Shown piece after piece: positions 48,202 through 58,308 of a stretch of DNA of 62,229 nucleotides. A model generated the notes under the pieces. It ran no database searches and was not told the origin of the DNA. It saw nothing but the letters and a program-made list of their open reading frames with translations. The translations under genes were made by a program, and so were the position numbers. This DNA is from a virus (lineage: Duplodnaviria; Caudoviricetes). The stretch covers positions 1 to 62,229 of the IMG/VR virus record IMGVR_UViG_3300020477_000002; one strand, written 5' to 3'. The number at the start of each line of letters is the position of its first letter. Positions within the stretch are counted from its first letter, which is position 1.

Positions 48202-48576
48202 TTAGACCCTTTCTACTACTGATATAAAGACATCACATGTTTTAGAGGATGTAATTTTTAATATATCACCTGTTAAAGCAGGTGTTTCTGCATTGTTATT
48301 AGCGTGTTGTAATACAAGCTTCCCCGGTATTAAATCAACACTTGTATCTGCAGGCAGAGGTATTGTATCCATGATTTTAATCGTAGTTCCATCATAGTAA
48401 TTCGTATGTTCAACTGTAACTTCCCCTGCTTCAGTTGATGTGCTTGCAACAAGAAAGCCTATTATTACAGACTCTGCTGCTCCCGGTGAAGTCTCCCCAT
48501 CATCAGGTGCAGTATAAACTGTGGTTGCTGTTGCAGCAGGAATACTCTTTACAAATCGTCTGTACCTTTCTGCCAT
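48202..48576 (-). CDS. Putative fibre hub/adaptor protein 1
   Basis: VYTAP...SVIIGF...IPLPADTS...KLVL...DILKI...DVFISVVE; paralogous to 45921..46265. Confidence 0.6.
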   Translation of the reverse strand: MAERYRRFVKSIPAATATTVYTAPDDGETSPGAAESVIIGFLVASTSTEAGEVTVEHTNYYDGTTIKIMDTIPLPADTSVDLIPGKLVLQHANNNAETPALTGDILKITSSKTCDVFISVVERV

Positions 48577-48577
48577 A

Positions 48578-48973
48578 TTAATCTCCTAGTATCATTTGGT
48601 TCTTTCTGGCAACTCTTGCAACCATTTGCTCTAGGGGCACAGTACTACCCTGATCAACAATGCTTGGAGTATCCAGTGTTGTTGTATTAGAAGAAAATAC
48701 AAGCTTGCCTCCAGTTATAGTTGCAATTGTATTCCCACTGTTATCACTAATTGTTCCAGTAAATTTTGAGTTATTAAGTACTTTATTATTTAAAGTAGCT
48801 ACACTATCTGCTGAAGGAACAAGATGACCTGCTCCCCCCAAACCATCATGAACTCGTAAATCCCAAGGATCACCTGAAGAATCAGACTTCTGTACTGTAA
48901 CTTCACCCTCAGAACCAGCAAACGTAGAATGTTCTGATGCGGTTCCTCTTCTAAATTTAACTGCTACACCCAT
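48578..48973 (-). CDS. Short proximal fibre with Mtd_N/hyaluronidase-like anchor
   Basis: VKFRRGTASEHSTFAGSEGEVTV...LRVHDG..GAGH; ends QMILGD. Confidence 0.75.
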   Translation of the reverse strand: MGVAVKFRRGTASEHSTFAGSEGEVTVQKSDSSGDPWDLRVHDGLGGAGHLVPSADSVATLNNKVLNNSKFTGTISDNSGNTIATITGGKLVFSSNTTTLDTPSIVDQGSTVPLEQMVARVARKNQMILGD

Positions 48974-49890
48974 TATCTTCTCACTATAAATCTGTTAAGG
49001 TTTACCCCACCTGTAATTGAAGCAGGATGAATTGGTTCGGTTCTGTGTGCATCAACAGTAATTGCGAGTTTCTTATTCTTAAAGTATTCACTCTTCTCTA
49101 CATTCCGTAAATCGTGTTCCTTAAGATATGCTCTCTCCACTGCACCAAATGTTAATGCGTCTACCCATACATAATCTATATCGCAACTTGTAATATAATC
49201 TGTAGGTATAACTAAAAATGTGTCTGTGCTTTCTGTCAATGACTGAACTGTAGAATCGAATGTAAGGTTCCTGCCAAAATCATCTAATAATAAATCAGTG
49301 CTAGTCCATCCATTAAGTGAGTTTTGTATGTATCTTGTTACAGGATCATATGGATCTGAGTTATCAAGAAATGTATAAGGAACCTCATCACTCATGCGTG
49401 GCGGCCTCAATGTCCCAGTAAGTTTTATTGTAGTTTCAGTTGTTGGGATAGGCCAGACTCTTATTGTACTAGATGACTTTTGATCAATTACTAAAGCCTG
49501 AGGAGTGCCCGTAGATGTAGTCCAGTCCTCTATCTTGCTCCATATAGGGTTCCCAAATATTTCTGTTATAGAGTACTCTCCATCTTTAATAACTGTAGGG
49601 AGCCTTCCCTGTGACGCTAGGCTCTTCATTTCTGAAGTTGTTACTATTGGCAGTTCTCTCCCATCAATTGAACCACCACTTATGTCCATTAAGTTAGTGG
49701 GTAGACTGAGAAGATACGTAGTTGAATTAATAGTTAAACTTTTCTCTGCAGTAGGCAGACGAATAGTTCTCACTAAATCCAGCAACGAATCATGAATATA
49801 GTTATTCAGCTCAGTCTTAGTCCACCGAGTATAGCTGGTATCCTGAAGTAAAGTTACTACTCTTGATCTAATATCAGCTAACTCAATCAT
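48973..49890 (-). CDS. Head-tail adaptor / tail tubular protein A-like
   Basis: LLQD...RWT..EL..YI.D, GTP...IRVWPIP, DAL..GA..RAYLK. Confidence 0.75.
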   Translation of the reverse strand: MIELADIRSRVVTLLQDTSYTRWTKTELNNYIHDSLLDLVRTIRLPTAEKSLTINSTTYLLSLPTNLMDISGGSIDGRELPIVTTSEMKSLASQGRLPTVIKDGEYSITEIFGNPIWSKIEDWTTSTGTPQALVIDQKSSSTIRVWPIPTTETTIKLTGTLRPPRMSDEVPYTFLDNSDPYDPVTRYIQNSLNGWTSTDLLLDDFGRNLTFDSTVQSLTESTDTFLVIPTDYITSCDIDYVWVDALTFGAVERAYLKEHDLRNVEKSEYFKNKKLAITVDAHRTEPIHPASITGGVNLNRFIVRR

Positions 49891-50348
49891 GCAACTTCAA
49901 CTCTCTCGACCTTTTCGTTAACCTTATCCTTATCTACATTAGAACCTTTAGGGGTCTTTAGTACCTGCACATTATATCTACAAACCTCATATCCAACCAA
50001 AGGTGCACCTTCCTGTGCTTGATGATATTTAGTTTCAACTGCATCCATAAGTACAGAGAAATGCCCCGGAGGTATTGCTCTTCGAGAGTTCCTTGGGAAT
50101 CTCAGTACCCAGTCATTCCATGTGACTGTAACTGGCCCCATCTGAGAAGGATCATCGCCATATCCAATTACTACAACTCCCCAACCTTCTGGTGTTTTAA
50201 GATCCTTGCCAACTTCCAAAGCTATATCTTCTTGGAAAGTTTTGTGCACAGATACTCTTTTCTTGCGGCCTGAATCATACATTGGATTATTTAACGTATG
50301 ACCATATTCCCCTGTTGGAAGTAATCCTCCTGCTAATTCACCACTCAT
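49887..50348 (-). CDS. Conserved protein downstream of the N4-type capsid gene
   Basis: PVTVTWN...FPRN...IP...VL.DA pattern; position. Confidence 0.55.
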   Translation of the reverse strand: MSGELAGGLLPTGEYGHTLNNPMYDSGRKKRVSVHKTFQEDIALEVGKDLKTPEGWGVVVIGYGDDPSQMGPVTVTWNDWVLRFPRNSRRAIPPGHFSVLMDAVETKYHQAQEGAPLVGYEVCRYNVQVLKTPKGSNVDKDKVNEKVERVEVA

Positions 50349-50782
50349 GATATTGTCCTTGTTTTAATGAAAAATAAAATCTTGCCAGATGTTGGGAGTT
50401 TATCTCCCCTCATTCTGACAGTTAACCGAATCGTTTTGTTTGATCCGTCTGGAGGAAGAAATAAAGATTCTGGACGTTGCTGAAACGAATGTGGTTTCTG
50501 CGGTAACTTAGTCCATTTAAGATATAATTCATTTTCTTCCTTTACTCTACTTACCCTTCCTACACATATCTCTGCTGTAATTCCCTTGAATGGTTCAGTT
50601 AAAACAACTGATATTCTTTCAGGCAATGCTTGCGGATATAAGTAATGATCAAAGTAAGCATTTGTTATTAGGGTATCATTGCCACCACAAAACTTATGAT
50701 AGTCAATTTCTAATATTTGAGTTTCCCTAACCTGTTCAGAAACAGGGGCAGGAGGTTCCCACCCCTGAAATCTTTGTGTCAT
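50345..50782 (-). CDS. Putative capsid decoration / minor head protein
   Basis: Beta-rich; directly after the capsid gene. Confidence 0.45.
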   Translation of the reverse strand: MTQRFQGWEPPAPVSEQVRETQILEIDYHKFCGGNDTLITNAYFDHYLYPQALPERISVVLTEPFKGITAEICVGRVSRVKEENELYLKWTKLPQKPHSFQQRPESLFLPPDGSNKTIRLTVRMRGDKLPTSGKILFFIKTRTIS

Positions 50783-50791
50783 TCACATCTA

Positions 50792-52048
50792 TTAACTAAT
50801 AGTAGATGCACCACACTCGATACGATAGATCCAGTCTTCATTGAGGATCTGGCAAGCATACCAGCTCTTCCAACCAACTGAACCAGACTGACCCAAAGGA
50901 TCAGTAACTGCAGGCTGTGGCATCACAACCTTAGGAATAACAGCATCATATCCAGAAAGTGAAACACATCCTAGACAATCTGCTGAGAAGATAACAACAG
51001 GATATACCTGTACGTTGTTACCATTTGGAACTGTAACAAGCTTGAGGGAAGCAATAGCTGCTCCAAGTTCTTCTGCCTCAATTGCTCCAGCTTCACCATA
51101 GTTACTGGAATCAGCAATAGTCCCATCCGTAGTACCAAATGATTGGCCTGTATGACCGGGAGTGTATGCTGAGTTTTGAGTCCTTGAGATTTGCGTATCC
51201 TTAATCTCAGTACCATCTGGCTGTCTACCAAACGGAGCTGCCTGAGTTGTCAGGACAAATCTAATCACACCCACACTTCCTAATTCCCCCGGAAGCATTT
51301 GCTGACCATTGTTACTGTACTTAACATAAGGAATAAAACCCGGAAGCTTTTCAATATCCTTACGCAAGTCAGTATGACCTACGGCAACATATGCCTCAGG
51401 TACTGGCTCAGTATTATACTTGGGAGATGGAGTCATCTGCTTCGCAATCTTGCGAGCTTCATTGTACTCCAGTGTGCGGACTGCTGTATCGAGAAGATTA
51501 GTAGTTGAACCAGTTGTATCACCAGCCGTTCCACCAATCTCTGCATCTACTGTGGCACGAGTAGTACCACCAGCATAAGCTGCTTGAGTACCAGAACGTG
51601 CATGTAGAAAAGTAATGAAGTCCATAAGCTCGGCAGCCTGAATTGACTGACGCTCAGTGACTTGTTGAATAATAGGATCAGTTGCTGCGGCAACTAATAC
51701 ATCAGTGGTAGCAACATACGATCCATACTGGTGTAGTTTTACCTTGATGATAGTCTGGAGCAACGTGTCAGCCGGAGGCTTTACTCCCTCAGCCAACGGA
51801 ACCATTGGCAGAGCGAATTTCTCAAATCGCTTCCATCGTACCTCAAGTCCCTCCTTCTGTGCTTTCGTCTCCTTCTGAGCAAATCGAGCCATTATCATGG
51901 ATCTCTTCGCTATCGCCAGAAACTTTTTTTGGATTTTAAACGCCTCCGTTTCGTCAAGGGAGCCGTATTTCATAGTTCCCGCAATGGATGCTACACCCGT
52001 AGCACCTCGGTTTGCATTGGAACCACCACTTGTCCAGTTTGTAGCCAT
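50792..52048 (-). CDS. Major capsid protein, N4-gp56 family
   Basis: LAEGVKP, LHQYG, TEPVPEAYVAVGHTDL, GELGSV..IRF, VYPV, DPLGQSGSVGWK. Confidence 0.92.
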   Translation of the reverse strand: MATNWTSGGSNANRGATGVASIAGTMKYGSLDETEAFKIQKKFLAIAKRSMIMARFAQKETKAQKEGLEVRWKRFEKFALPMVPLAEGVKPPADTLLQTIIKVKLHQYGSYVATTDVLVAAATDPIIQQVTERQSIQAAELMDFITFLHARSGTQAAYAGGTTRATVDAEIGGTAGDTTGSTTNLLDTAVRTLEYNEARKIAKQMTPSPKYNTEPVPEAYVAVGHTDLRKDIEKLPGFIPYVKYSNNGQQMLPGELGSVGVIRFVLTTQAAPFGRQPDGTEIKDTQISRTQNSAYTPGHTGQSFGTTDGTIADSSNYGEAGAIEAEELGAAIASLKLVTVPNGNNVQVYPVVIFSADCLGCVSLSGYDAVIPKVVMPQPAVTDPLGQSGSVGWKSWYACQILNEDWIYRIECGASTIS

Positions 52049-52109
52049 TATCTTACTCTATTAAAATGTTAAAAAATTAATCTAATGTAGAGCAAGAACA
52101 AACTCTAAC

Positions 52110-52925
52110 TCAGTATCCTTCGTCAGGTAATGAGTTAAACAGAGCTTCACCTGTAAGCCCTTGAGTAGGATCTGTAGTTGTGGCTTGAGGTTGTGAAGAC
52201 CCTAGTAATTGAGAAGCTTGTTGCCTTCTCACATCCTGTTTGTTATTCCCGGTATAGGGCTGATCACCCTGCATACTTAAGAATAATTGAATCACCTGAG
52301 CCTTTGCCTCATTATCACCCTGAGTCATACCCAGCCTACGCATTGAATCTTCATTCACCCAATCTATAAAGGCTCTGTCGTTTTCAATTGCAGGCCAAAC
52401 ACCGAACCCAAGTATGCCATCGAAATACGATTGCTGCGATATAGCATCATACTTTTGATTTAATGTGCTAATCGGTTCCTCGTATTTGTTTTCTACATAC
52501 CTGTTAATCCTGTCCTCTACATCATTTATTTGTTGTTGTTTGAATTGACTCAACTGCTTATTAACAAGTCGCTCTGCTAACTTCTCAGAAGTTCGCATAA
52601 CCTCAGGAAAATCTTCCATTACCCTTTGGTCATCTTCAGACAAAAAGTTTTCATCGGAATAAGGATCAGGTTTTTGAGTTTGCAAATTAATTTCTGATTC
52701 ACGCTCAAGCACTGCAAGCCTAGCTCGCAAGTCCTGATTTTCTGCATCCTTTTCTTTTTGAGCACTGAAGGCACGATCTGCATGTGGCCTTAAGTCCTCA
52801 TAACTTTTTGTTACTGAATCAAGCTTTTGTCTTAGTTCAGCAATTTCATCTTCTCTATCTGCCCCTTCGTTACTTGCTTGAGAATCAAGCATTTCTCCCT
52901 CAAAAGGAGGTGCTTCATCTGGCAT
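52110..52925 (-). CDS. Capsid scaffolding protein
   Basis: Acidic coiled-coil between portal and capsid genes. Confidence 0.7.
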   Translation of the reverse strand: MPDEAPPFEGEMLDSQASNEGADREDEIAELRQKLDSVTKSYEDLRPHADRAFSAQKEKDAENQDLRARLAVLERESEINLQTQKPDPYSDENFLSEDDQRVMEDFPEVMRTSEKLAERLVNKQLSQFKQQQINDVEDRINRYVENKYEEPISTLNQKYDAISQQSYFDGILGFGVWPAIENDRAFIDWVNEDSMRRLGMTQGDNEAKAQVIQLFLSMQGDQPYTGNNKQDVRRQQASQLLGSSQPQATTTDPTQGLTGEALFNSLPDEGY

Positions 52926-52928
52926 AAG

Positions 52929-53207
52929 TCACTCTTCGTTATGGGTTAATACATTTCGGACAAATGTTTCAAGGTCAAGAATATTCTTGATTTCTTTTAT
53001 TTCTCCGATTAGTACGTTAAAGGAGGCTACTTCCTTTCCGTCATAGAGGGGCTTCTCAGAGAGTCTGTCCTCTTTCCGTCTAAGTCTGTCCTCAAAAAAT
53101 TCAGAGAGCTGGTTCCATCGGGGATCTTCCCTCAGGCTGAGCAGGTGCTCCAGCTTCTCCCTGTCTATCTGCACCTTGATTCTGTTGTTCTTGAACATCT
53201 TCACCAC
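52929..53207 (-). CDS. Small head-associated protein
   Basis: Helical ORF overlapping the portal 3' end (start may be MFKNN). Confidence 0.6.
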   Translation of the reverse strand: MVKMFKNNRIKVQIDREKLEHLLSLREDPRWNQLSEFFEDRLRRKEDRLSEKPLYDGKEVASFNVLIGEIKEIKNILDLETFVRNVLTHNEE

Positions 53208-55293
53208 GAAGTTCTGTTTCTCGTTGTTGTTGTGCTTGCTGTTCTTGCTGTTGACGTTGCTGTTGAGCTTCCATCTGTTGCTTTTGCATTTCCTCTAACA
53301 ACAATAACGAGGTTTGTTGTAATAAATCAGGTAGGTTCTCACTTAAAGTTAAATCCCCCTCTTTAATTTTAGCGAGTCTTTCCTGTATGATTCCTTTTCT
53401 TATATCGGCAGCAACTGCTTTCTTCTCATCTACAAGTGCTTTATCTTCATAGTTCTGGTTTTCCAGATCCATTTGCATCTGAGCCTGCTGTACTGCCTGC
53501 TGTTGTTCCTGCTGAGCATCTTCTGCTGCTTCTTCCTCAGACTTAATCAGCCCATCTATTTCTAATCCTAACCCAGCTTTTAATGGAACGGCAAGCTTCT
53601 CAAAATTAAATCTTCCTCTCATCTCAGGAACCTGACCTACAACCTGTATCAACTGAAGTACCTGTTGTATGGTAACTTCCTTTGCCATGAATGTATCAAA
53701 GCTTTTAGCCTGACAAAGGAAATCTCCTTTAATAGACAAGTCATCTGAGTCTGCCATTAACCAGTAGTATATGGCAGATACATTTGCAGTAACTAATGCA
53801 TTAAGTGATCTTACTACTCCTGTCGTTAACTTGTTTTGATTCTCATTGAGAATCTGCATTCCTGTGGCAGTCTTTGTCTGGTATTGTGCCCCAGACCCCA
53901 TACCTATGGGTGTCTGCCCTGATGATAGATCAGTATTCCTTTCTACTATCCTGAGTAAATCTACAAGCCCACTTGTTACATCTGGTATTAATACTGGTCT
54001 GAAAGCATCATTAACACTTTCTCCAGTCTTCATCCTGAATATCTTGCCGGGGAAAACATCATAGAAGTCATCCTGCGTACTATCAAAGGCATTAGGGTTT
54101 ATCGCAAACATTGGCTGCGATGACATTGTCTTCCCTTCAACAATCATTCCATAAATAAAATTCATCATGGATTGATCGTCACGGATAGCCTCATATATAC
54201 CGCTACCCCAAATACTATCTTCCTGTTCCTGCCAATAGCAAAAATCATATGGTATCCTGCCATCGAATGGATTAGGGATAGCCCTTAAAACCTTTGAACC
54301 AAGTACAGTAACAACGACAGGTAAATTAATTGGTGGCTCACCTTCTTTTTGATCAGGAACTTCCATATGTTCTGCTAGTTCCATCCTGCCTAATCCCCTA
54401 TGCCATAGCTCCAGTACACAATAATTCTTATTCTTATCGTAACTGGTACTCCATCGTTTAGGAGATGTACCACCTATATCTGATACTGTCTGACCCTCAC
54501 CCGTTTCTATACATCTTTCAATCAATTCTGCATCTAAAGCCCCATTAGACGATTCTGCCATCGCCCTTAATTCTTGAGCAGACATATAACGCCTCTGAAT
54601 TACCCAGTCTAAATCAGATTTCCCTGTGGAGCCGGAGGAAGGGAATACATCCCAAACGGAGATCCACTCGACATGAGGATACATTTCTGCTTCGACTGCC
54701 TCCTCAATCATCTCCATTAAAGGATCTGCGTAAGCTGTCTGGTATAGTGGGAAGTCAATCTTCTTGAGGACTATTGACTTGGTAACACCCGTACCATACA
54801 GTGTCTGCTCATTGATCACCTTGGATAAGACATCCTCATAGTTAGTAATATCCATGATGTCTCTGATTTTTAACTCACAGTTCTTAGCTCTCAGGATTGC
54901 TTCATCATATGGTGAATCACTTTGCAACACCTCTGGAACCATGAACTTCGGCCTTCGTGAAGGGCTGATCTTAAAAGGAATCTTGCCCTGCTGGAACGTA
55001 GCACTCATTAACTTTGTCCGTGCTTCGTGAACCTTCCTCTTAGTAAGGTTTACATATATACCACGTTCCTTTGCAATCTCTACTGCCTTAGATACTACAT
55101 CTGGGAATTCACCACGCATAGCATGCCATGCTGATTCCCATATCTCTTCTTTAGTTGTACGCTCAGTATCGGAAGAAGCTTCTGTATAAAGCTGTTGTAC
55201 CAATAAACCTAACGTGTCAGGAAGTAATCCCTCCGGCTGGTCTTCACTATCAGACGTAATATAGTGATTACTTTCCTTTGCATACTCTGCCAT
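53101..55293 (-). CDS. Portal protein
   Basis: LYGTGVTK, ISVWDVFP, NPF.GRIPY, WGSGI, PGKIF, TKTATGM; Q-rich tail. Confidence 0.9.
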   Translation of the reverse strand: MAEYAKESNHYITSDSEDQPEGLLPDTLGLLVQQLYTEASSDTERTTKEEIWESAWHAMRGEFPDVVSKAVEIAKERGIYVNLTKRKVHEARTKLMSATFQQGKIPFKISPSRRPKFMVPEVLQSDSPYDEAILRAKNCELKIRDIMDITNYEDVLSKVINEQTLYGTGVTKSIVLKKIDFPLYQTAYADPLMEMIEEAVEAEMYPHVEWISVWDVFPSSGSTGKSDLDWVIQRRYMSAQELRAMAESSNGALDAELIERCIETGEGQTVSDIGGTSPKRWSTSYDKNKNYCVLELWHRGLGRMELAEHMEVPDQKEGEPPINLPVVVTVLGSKVLRAIPNPFDGRIPYDFCYWQEQEDSIWGSGIYEAIRDDQSMMNFIYGMIVEGKTMSSQPMFAINPNAFDSTQDDFYDVFPGKIFRMKTGESVNDAFRPVLIPDVTSGLVDLLRIVERNTDLSSGQTPIGMGSGAQYQTKTATGMQILNENQNKLTTGVVRSLNALVTANVSAIYYWLMADSDDLSIKGDFLCQAKSFDTFMAKEVTIQQVLQLIQVVGQVPEMRGRFNFEKLAVPLKAGLGLEIDGLIKSEEEAAEDAQQEQQQAVQQAQMQMDLENQNYEDKALVDEKKAVAADIRKGIIQERLAKIKEGDLTLSENLPDLLQQTSLLLLEEMQKQQMEAQQQRQQQEQQAQQQRETELRGEDVQEQQNQGADRQGEAGAPAQPEGRSPMEPAL

Positions 55294-55342
55294 TATTTCT
55301 TTTTCTTCCCTTTACGCTTAGGTACGTGATATCCCGGCATAT

Positions 55343-55567
55343 CTATCTCCTTTTAGTTTTAAGCCCTCTAGGTTTGTTATACTTACTTGGCATAATCCTT
55401 TTCTTCTTCTTCTTCAACTGCTTCCCTGTCTTCTTATTCGTTTTTGCTGAAGCCTTCTTCGGAGATGTCATACCTCCAGCTAAAAAGAAATGATCCGCCT
55501 GTACTCCCTCTGTACCACCTCTCCCGTGTTGAAGGCCTTTTTTATGTCGAACTTTACTTACTGCCAA
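55343..55567 (-). CDS. Small highly basic protein
   Basis: K/R-rich 74 aa with GGAG SD. Confidence 0.6.
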   Translation of the reverse strand: MAVSKVRHKKGLQHGRGGTEGVQADHFFLAGGMTSPKKASAKTNKKTGKQLKKKKKRIMPSKYNKPRGLKTKRR

Positions 55568-55575
55568 AGTAGCTC

Positions 55576-55950
55576 TTAATCCTTATAATCAATCCATTGA
55601 CTTGCTGCTCCGGCTGCAAATGCGGCTGAAGTACGCTTAATTATCTTCTTTTTCTTTTGACTTGAAAGTATGCTCTTAGTTTTCTTAAGTGGCCTTGATT
55701 TTTTACTTAACTTCAATACATCTGGTCTTTTAACTTTCTTTTTTCCTCGCCACCCCCAATCTTCTCTTGGGGATACACCTTCCTTTGCTTCACGCTTATT
55801 TATTTTTTTATAAACTTTTGCCAACGACTTTTTTTGAGAAGGAAGTAATTTCCCTCCTGTGCCTCCTGAGCCTCCTATCGTATCTAAAATATCAGCTCGA
55901 GTTTCTGTGCCACGCTTTGTATGCTTCTTAACATTTATTTTACTTACCAT
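55576..55950 (-). CDS. Highly basic protein (start moved to MVSKINV)
   Basis: GAAGG SD before 55950; K/R-rich. Confidence 0.6.
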   Translation of the reverse strand: MVSKINVKKHTKRGTETRADILDTIGGSGGTGGKLLPSQKKSLAKVYKKINKREAKEGVSPREDWGWRGKKKVKRPDVLKLSKKSRPLKKTKSILSSQKKKKIIKRTSAAFAAGAASQWIDYKD

Positions 55951-56058
55951 AATACCTTCTTGAGGGGAAATTAGGGGGGTGTTAGAGTATTCGTCACAGT
56001 ATTTCTTTTCAATACAGGGCGATCTGAGCATCTTTTTTTCTAACAATTAATCATTATC

Positions 56059-56087
56059 AGCTTATTTAAGGGATATATGCCCGTCAA
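56059..56087 (-). promoter_or_regulatory. Putative sigma70 promoter for the morphogenesis operon
   Basis: TTGACG-17 bp-TAAGCT. Confidence 0.55.
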
Positions 56088-56100
56088 TATAAATATTACT

Positions 56101-56514
56101 TTACATACCAATACGTTCCATAAAATCCTCATAACTCATACTCCCCTTTGCAGCATTACAATCACGACATGCTACTACTAAATTATCTGCATCAAGTATC
56201 TCATCCCTTGTATTCAGTACCTTTACAGGGATCTTGTGATCCAGTACAAAATCATCTGGCGACAACCTAGCCTTACAGTAATGACATGGGGCAGTGTTAT
56301 CAGAAAGTCTTGCTTCCATCCATTTTTTAATATAAGTAGACCTATTGTACCCACCCTTAGTCCTCCTTATGTGGCCTGATTCAACCTTCTTTTCCCATTG
56401 ACGCTTATTCTTGCACTTCTTACTGCAATATCTTTGCTTCTTATACTGATAATTATTGGGGACATACTTAGCCCCACAGACCTCACATACTTTATAACCC
56501 CTGTTTGTATCCAT
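56101..56514 (-). CDS. HNH endonuclease with N-terminal Zn-binding motif
   Basis: CEVC...YCSKKC; CHYC...LDHKIP...NLVVACRDCNAAKG. Confidence 0.9.
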   Translation of the reverse strand: MDTNRGYKVCEVCGAKYVPNNYQYKKQRYCSKKCKNKRQWEKKVESGHIRRTKGGYNRSTYIKKWMEARLSDNTAPCHYCKARLSPDDFVLDHKIPVKVLNTRDEILDADNLVVACRDCNAAKGSMSYEDFMERIGM

Positions 56515-58308
56515 CTAAGCCCTTACATAATACTCTCTTCTCTGGGACTTAGTCTGTATAGGGATCTCCGGCCCCGGTAAATGAGGATACATATAGCACA
56601 TATATGCGGCAATCGCTAAAGACATGACCCTATCATCATGACAACCATGCTGTGCTGCTTCCTTACCATTGTTATGTATAACGAATGTCTGCAATTCATC
56701 TATTGTAGGTTTAGAATATATTTCAATCTGCTCTTCACGTATAAGCCTACGCAGTAAATCAAGAATCAACTTCCTAGTTTTTATATTAGTGTTAAACCCT
56801 AATCTCTTCTTCTGCCTTTGGCCTCGCTCATCCAGAGCCTTCTCAACGTATATATTGTCATAATGATGGATAGATGAAAGAAACTTCAATGTAAGCAACC
56901 CGTGATTATTATTCTCAACTGCAACCAGTGCATTGTTATACCATATACCAATAGTAACTATTATCCATGCAAGCAGGTCTGGATCTATACGTGCACACCA
57001 TGTGCCACATTCCTCATAAGTCTCTGCATCAAGTACAGTAACTACAGAATAATCAGGATTCCCTGTCTCAGTCATTATCCCCTCCGCTACATCGACACCT
57101 ATCCTGTAATGCCTTCCATCCTGAGGTGGATTAAATACAGTGAACTCCCCATCCAGCCTGTGATCCATAAAATACTTCATCTTCTCAAGACCACCTACAT
57201 TATGAAAACCATTCACTGGAACTTCAAAACGCTTAGGTGGAAAGTCCCTTTCCCTTTCCTCTGCAGTAAACCACATCTTGCTCAAGTTCACCGAATCAAA
57301 TGCACTCCTGCCTGATGCCACAAAAGCTTCCCTCGCAGTAGTAGGATACTCCTGATGGAATACATTCAGATCCCCCTGACACTCTGGGGATATGATCTTA
57401 TTCCTACGCCACTTCAAATGCTCAAGTGTAACCTTAAACTCAAACATCCCATCATCTGTTTCATATGATGTTTCAACTCCTAGTAGATTCTTTTCCTCAT
57501 CACCACCAAATGTGGGATTCTTACCCAATGAATTCAAGAATGAATCATCCTTAAGCTCCTCCTCACTTAACTCAGTCTTATACTCATCAAACACAAACCA
57601 AGGGAAGAACACAGTTTTAAGTCCACTCTCATCTTTATCTGCTCGCCACCACTCCTTCTCAAAGTAGTTACCTACACCCTTTGCAGTACTCTCCATCCAG
57701 ATCTCTGTTCCATATCCCTGCACAACACAGTTCATCATACCAGTTGCATACTCACGGGCACGACTGCCCCAACGAGCAACCTCAGAGCAATGCAACATAT
57801 CAATCCCGGCTCCTACCACTTCCGACCCTTCTACAGTAGACATGCCGTACCTAGAGTTTAAACCCTTACCATCACTGGAACCCCACGTAAGCTCCTGCTT
57901 TCCTGAGTAATGGGATAGCGGCTTGATAAAGGTTGGGTAGTTCTGCTCCATAACTTTCGTCATGGCAAACATTTCCGCAGTTGTATTCTTGGAATGTGTG
58001 CAGATATGCACTAACTGGTTAAACTGGGTGGCTGCACGTTTAAACATACGTGCCTGAACATATGTCGATATACCAAATCGCCTTGCCTTCAAGACAATTA
58101 TCCTGACATGGTTCTTTTCCTTTAACTGTTTCTGGGCAATCCCATGCAAGATCTTCTGCACAGGATTCATAACGAAGGGGATTAGGCTTTTAGTACCTAA
58201 CTCTTGAATTTTTAAGCAAAACTGGAAGTAAGTATCGTGATCCTGAAGCCGATCCATCAGCTCCTGCATCGCCTCCTTATCATCCTTTGCCGGAGATTGC
58301 TGTACCAT
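56515..58308 (-). CDS. terL: Terminase large subunit
   Basis: LKARRFGIST, LHCSEVA, ESTAKG, QEYP, IGVDVAEG, VENNNHG, HDDRVMSLAIA. Confidence 0.95.
   Translation of the reverse strand: MVQQSPAKDDKEAMQELMDRLQDHDTYFQFCLKIQELGTKSLIPFVMNPVQKILHGIAQKQLKEKNHVRIIVLKARRFGISTYVQARMFKRAATQFNQLVHICTHSKNTTAEMFAMTKVMEQNYPTFIKPLSHYSGKQELTWGSSDGKGLNSRYGMSTVEGSEVVGAGIDMLHCSEVARWGSRAREYATGMMNCVVQGYGTEIWMESTAKGVGNYFEKEWWRADKDESGLKTVFFPWFVFDEYKTELSEEELKDDSFLNSLGKNPTFGGDEEKNLLGVETSYETDDGMFEFKVTLEHLKWRRNKIISPECQGDLNVFHQEYPTTAREAFVASGRSAFDSVNLSKMWFTAEERERDFPPKRFEVPVNGFHNVGGLEKMKYFMDHRLDGEFTVFNPPQDGRHYRIGVDVAEGIMTETGNPDYSVVTVLDAETYEECGTWCARIDPDLLAWIIVTIGIWYNNALVAVENNNHGLLTLKFLSSIHHYDNIYVEKALDERGQRQKKRLGFNTNIKTRKLILDLLRRLIREEQIEIYSKPTIDELQTFVIHNNGKEAAQHGCHDDRVMSLAIAAYMCYMYPHLPGPEIPIQTKSQRREYYVRA

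Noticed and set aside
56101-56514. HNH gene as part of an intron splitting terL
   Set aside because: TerL is complete through its nuclease motif, and the HNH gene is free-standing after the stop codon
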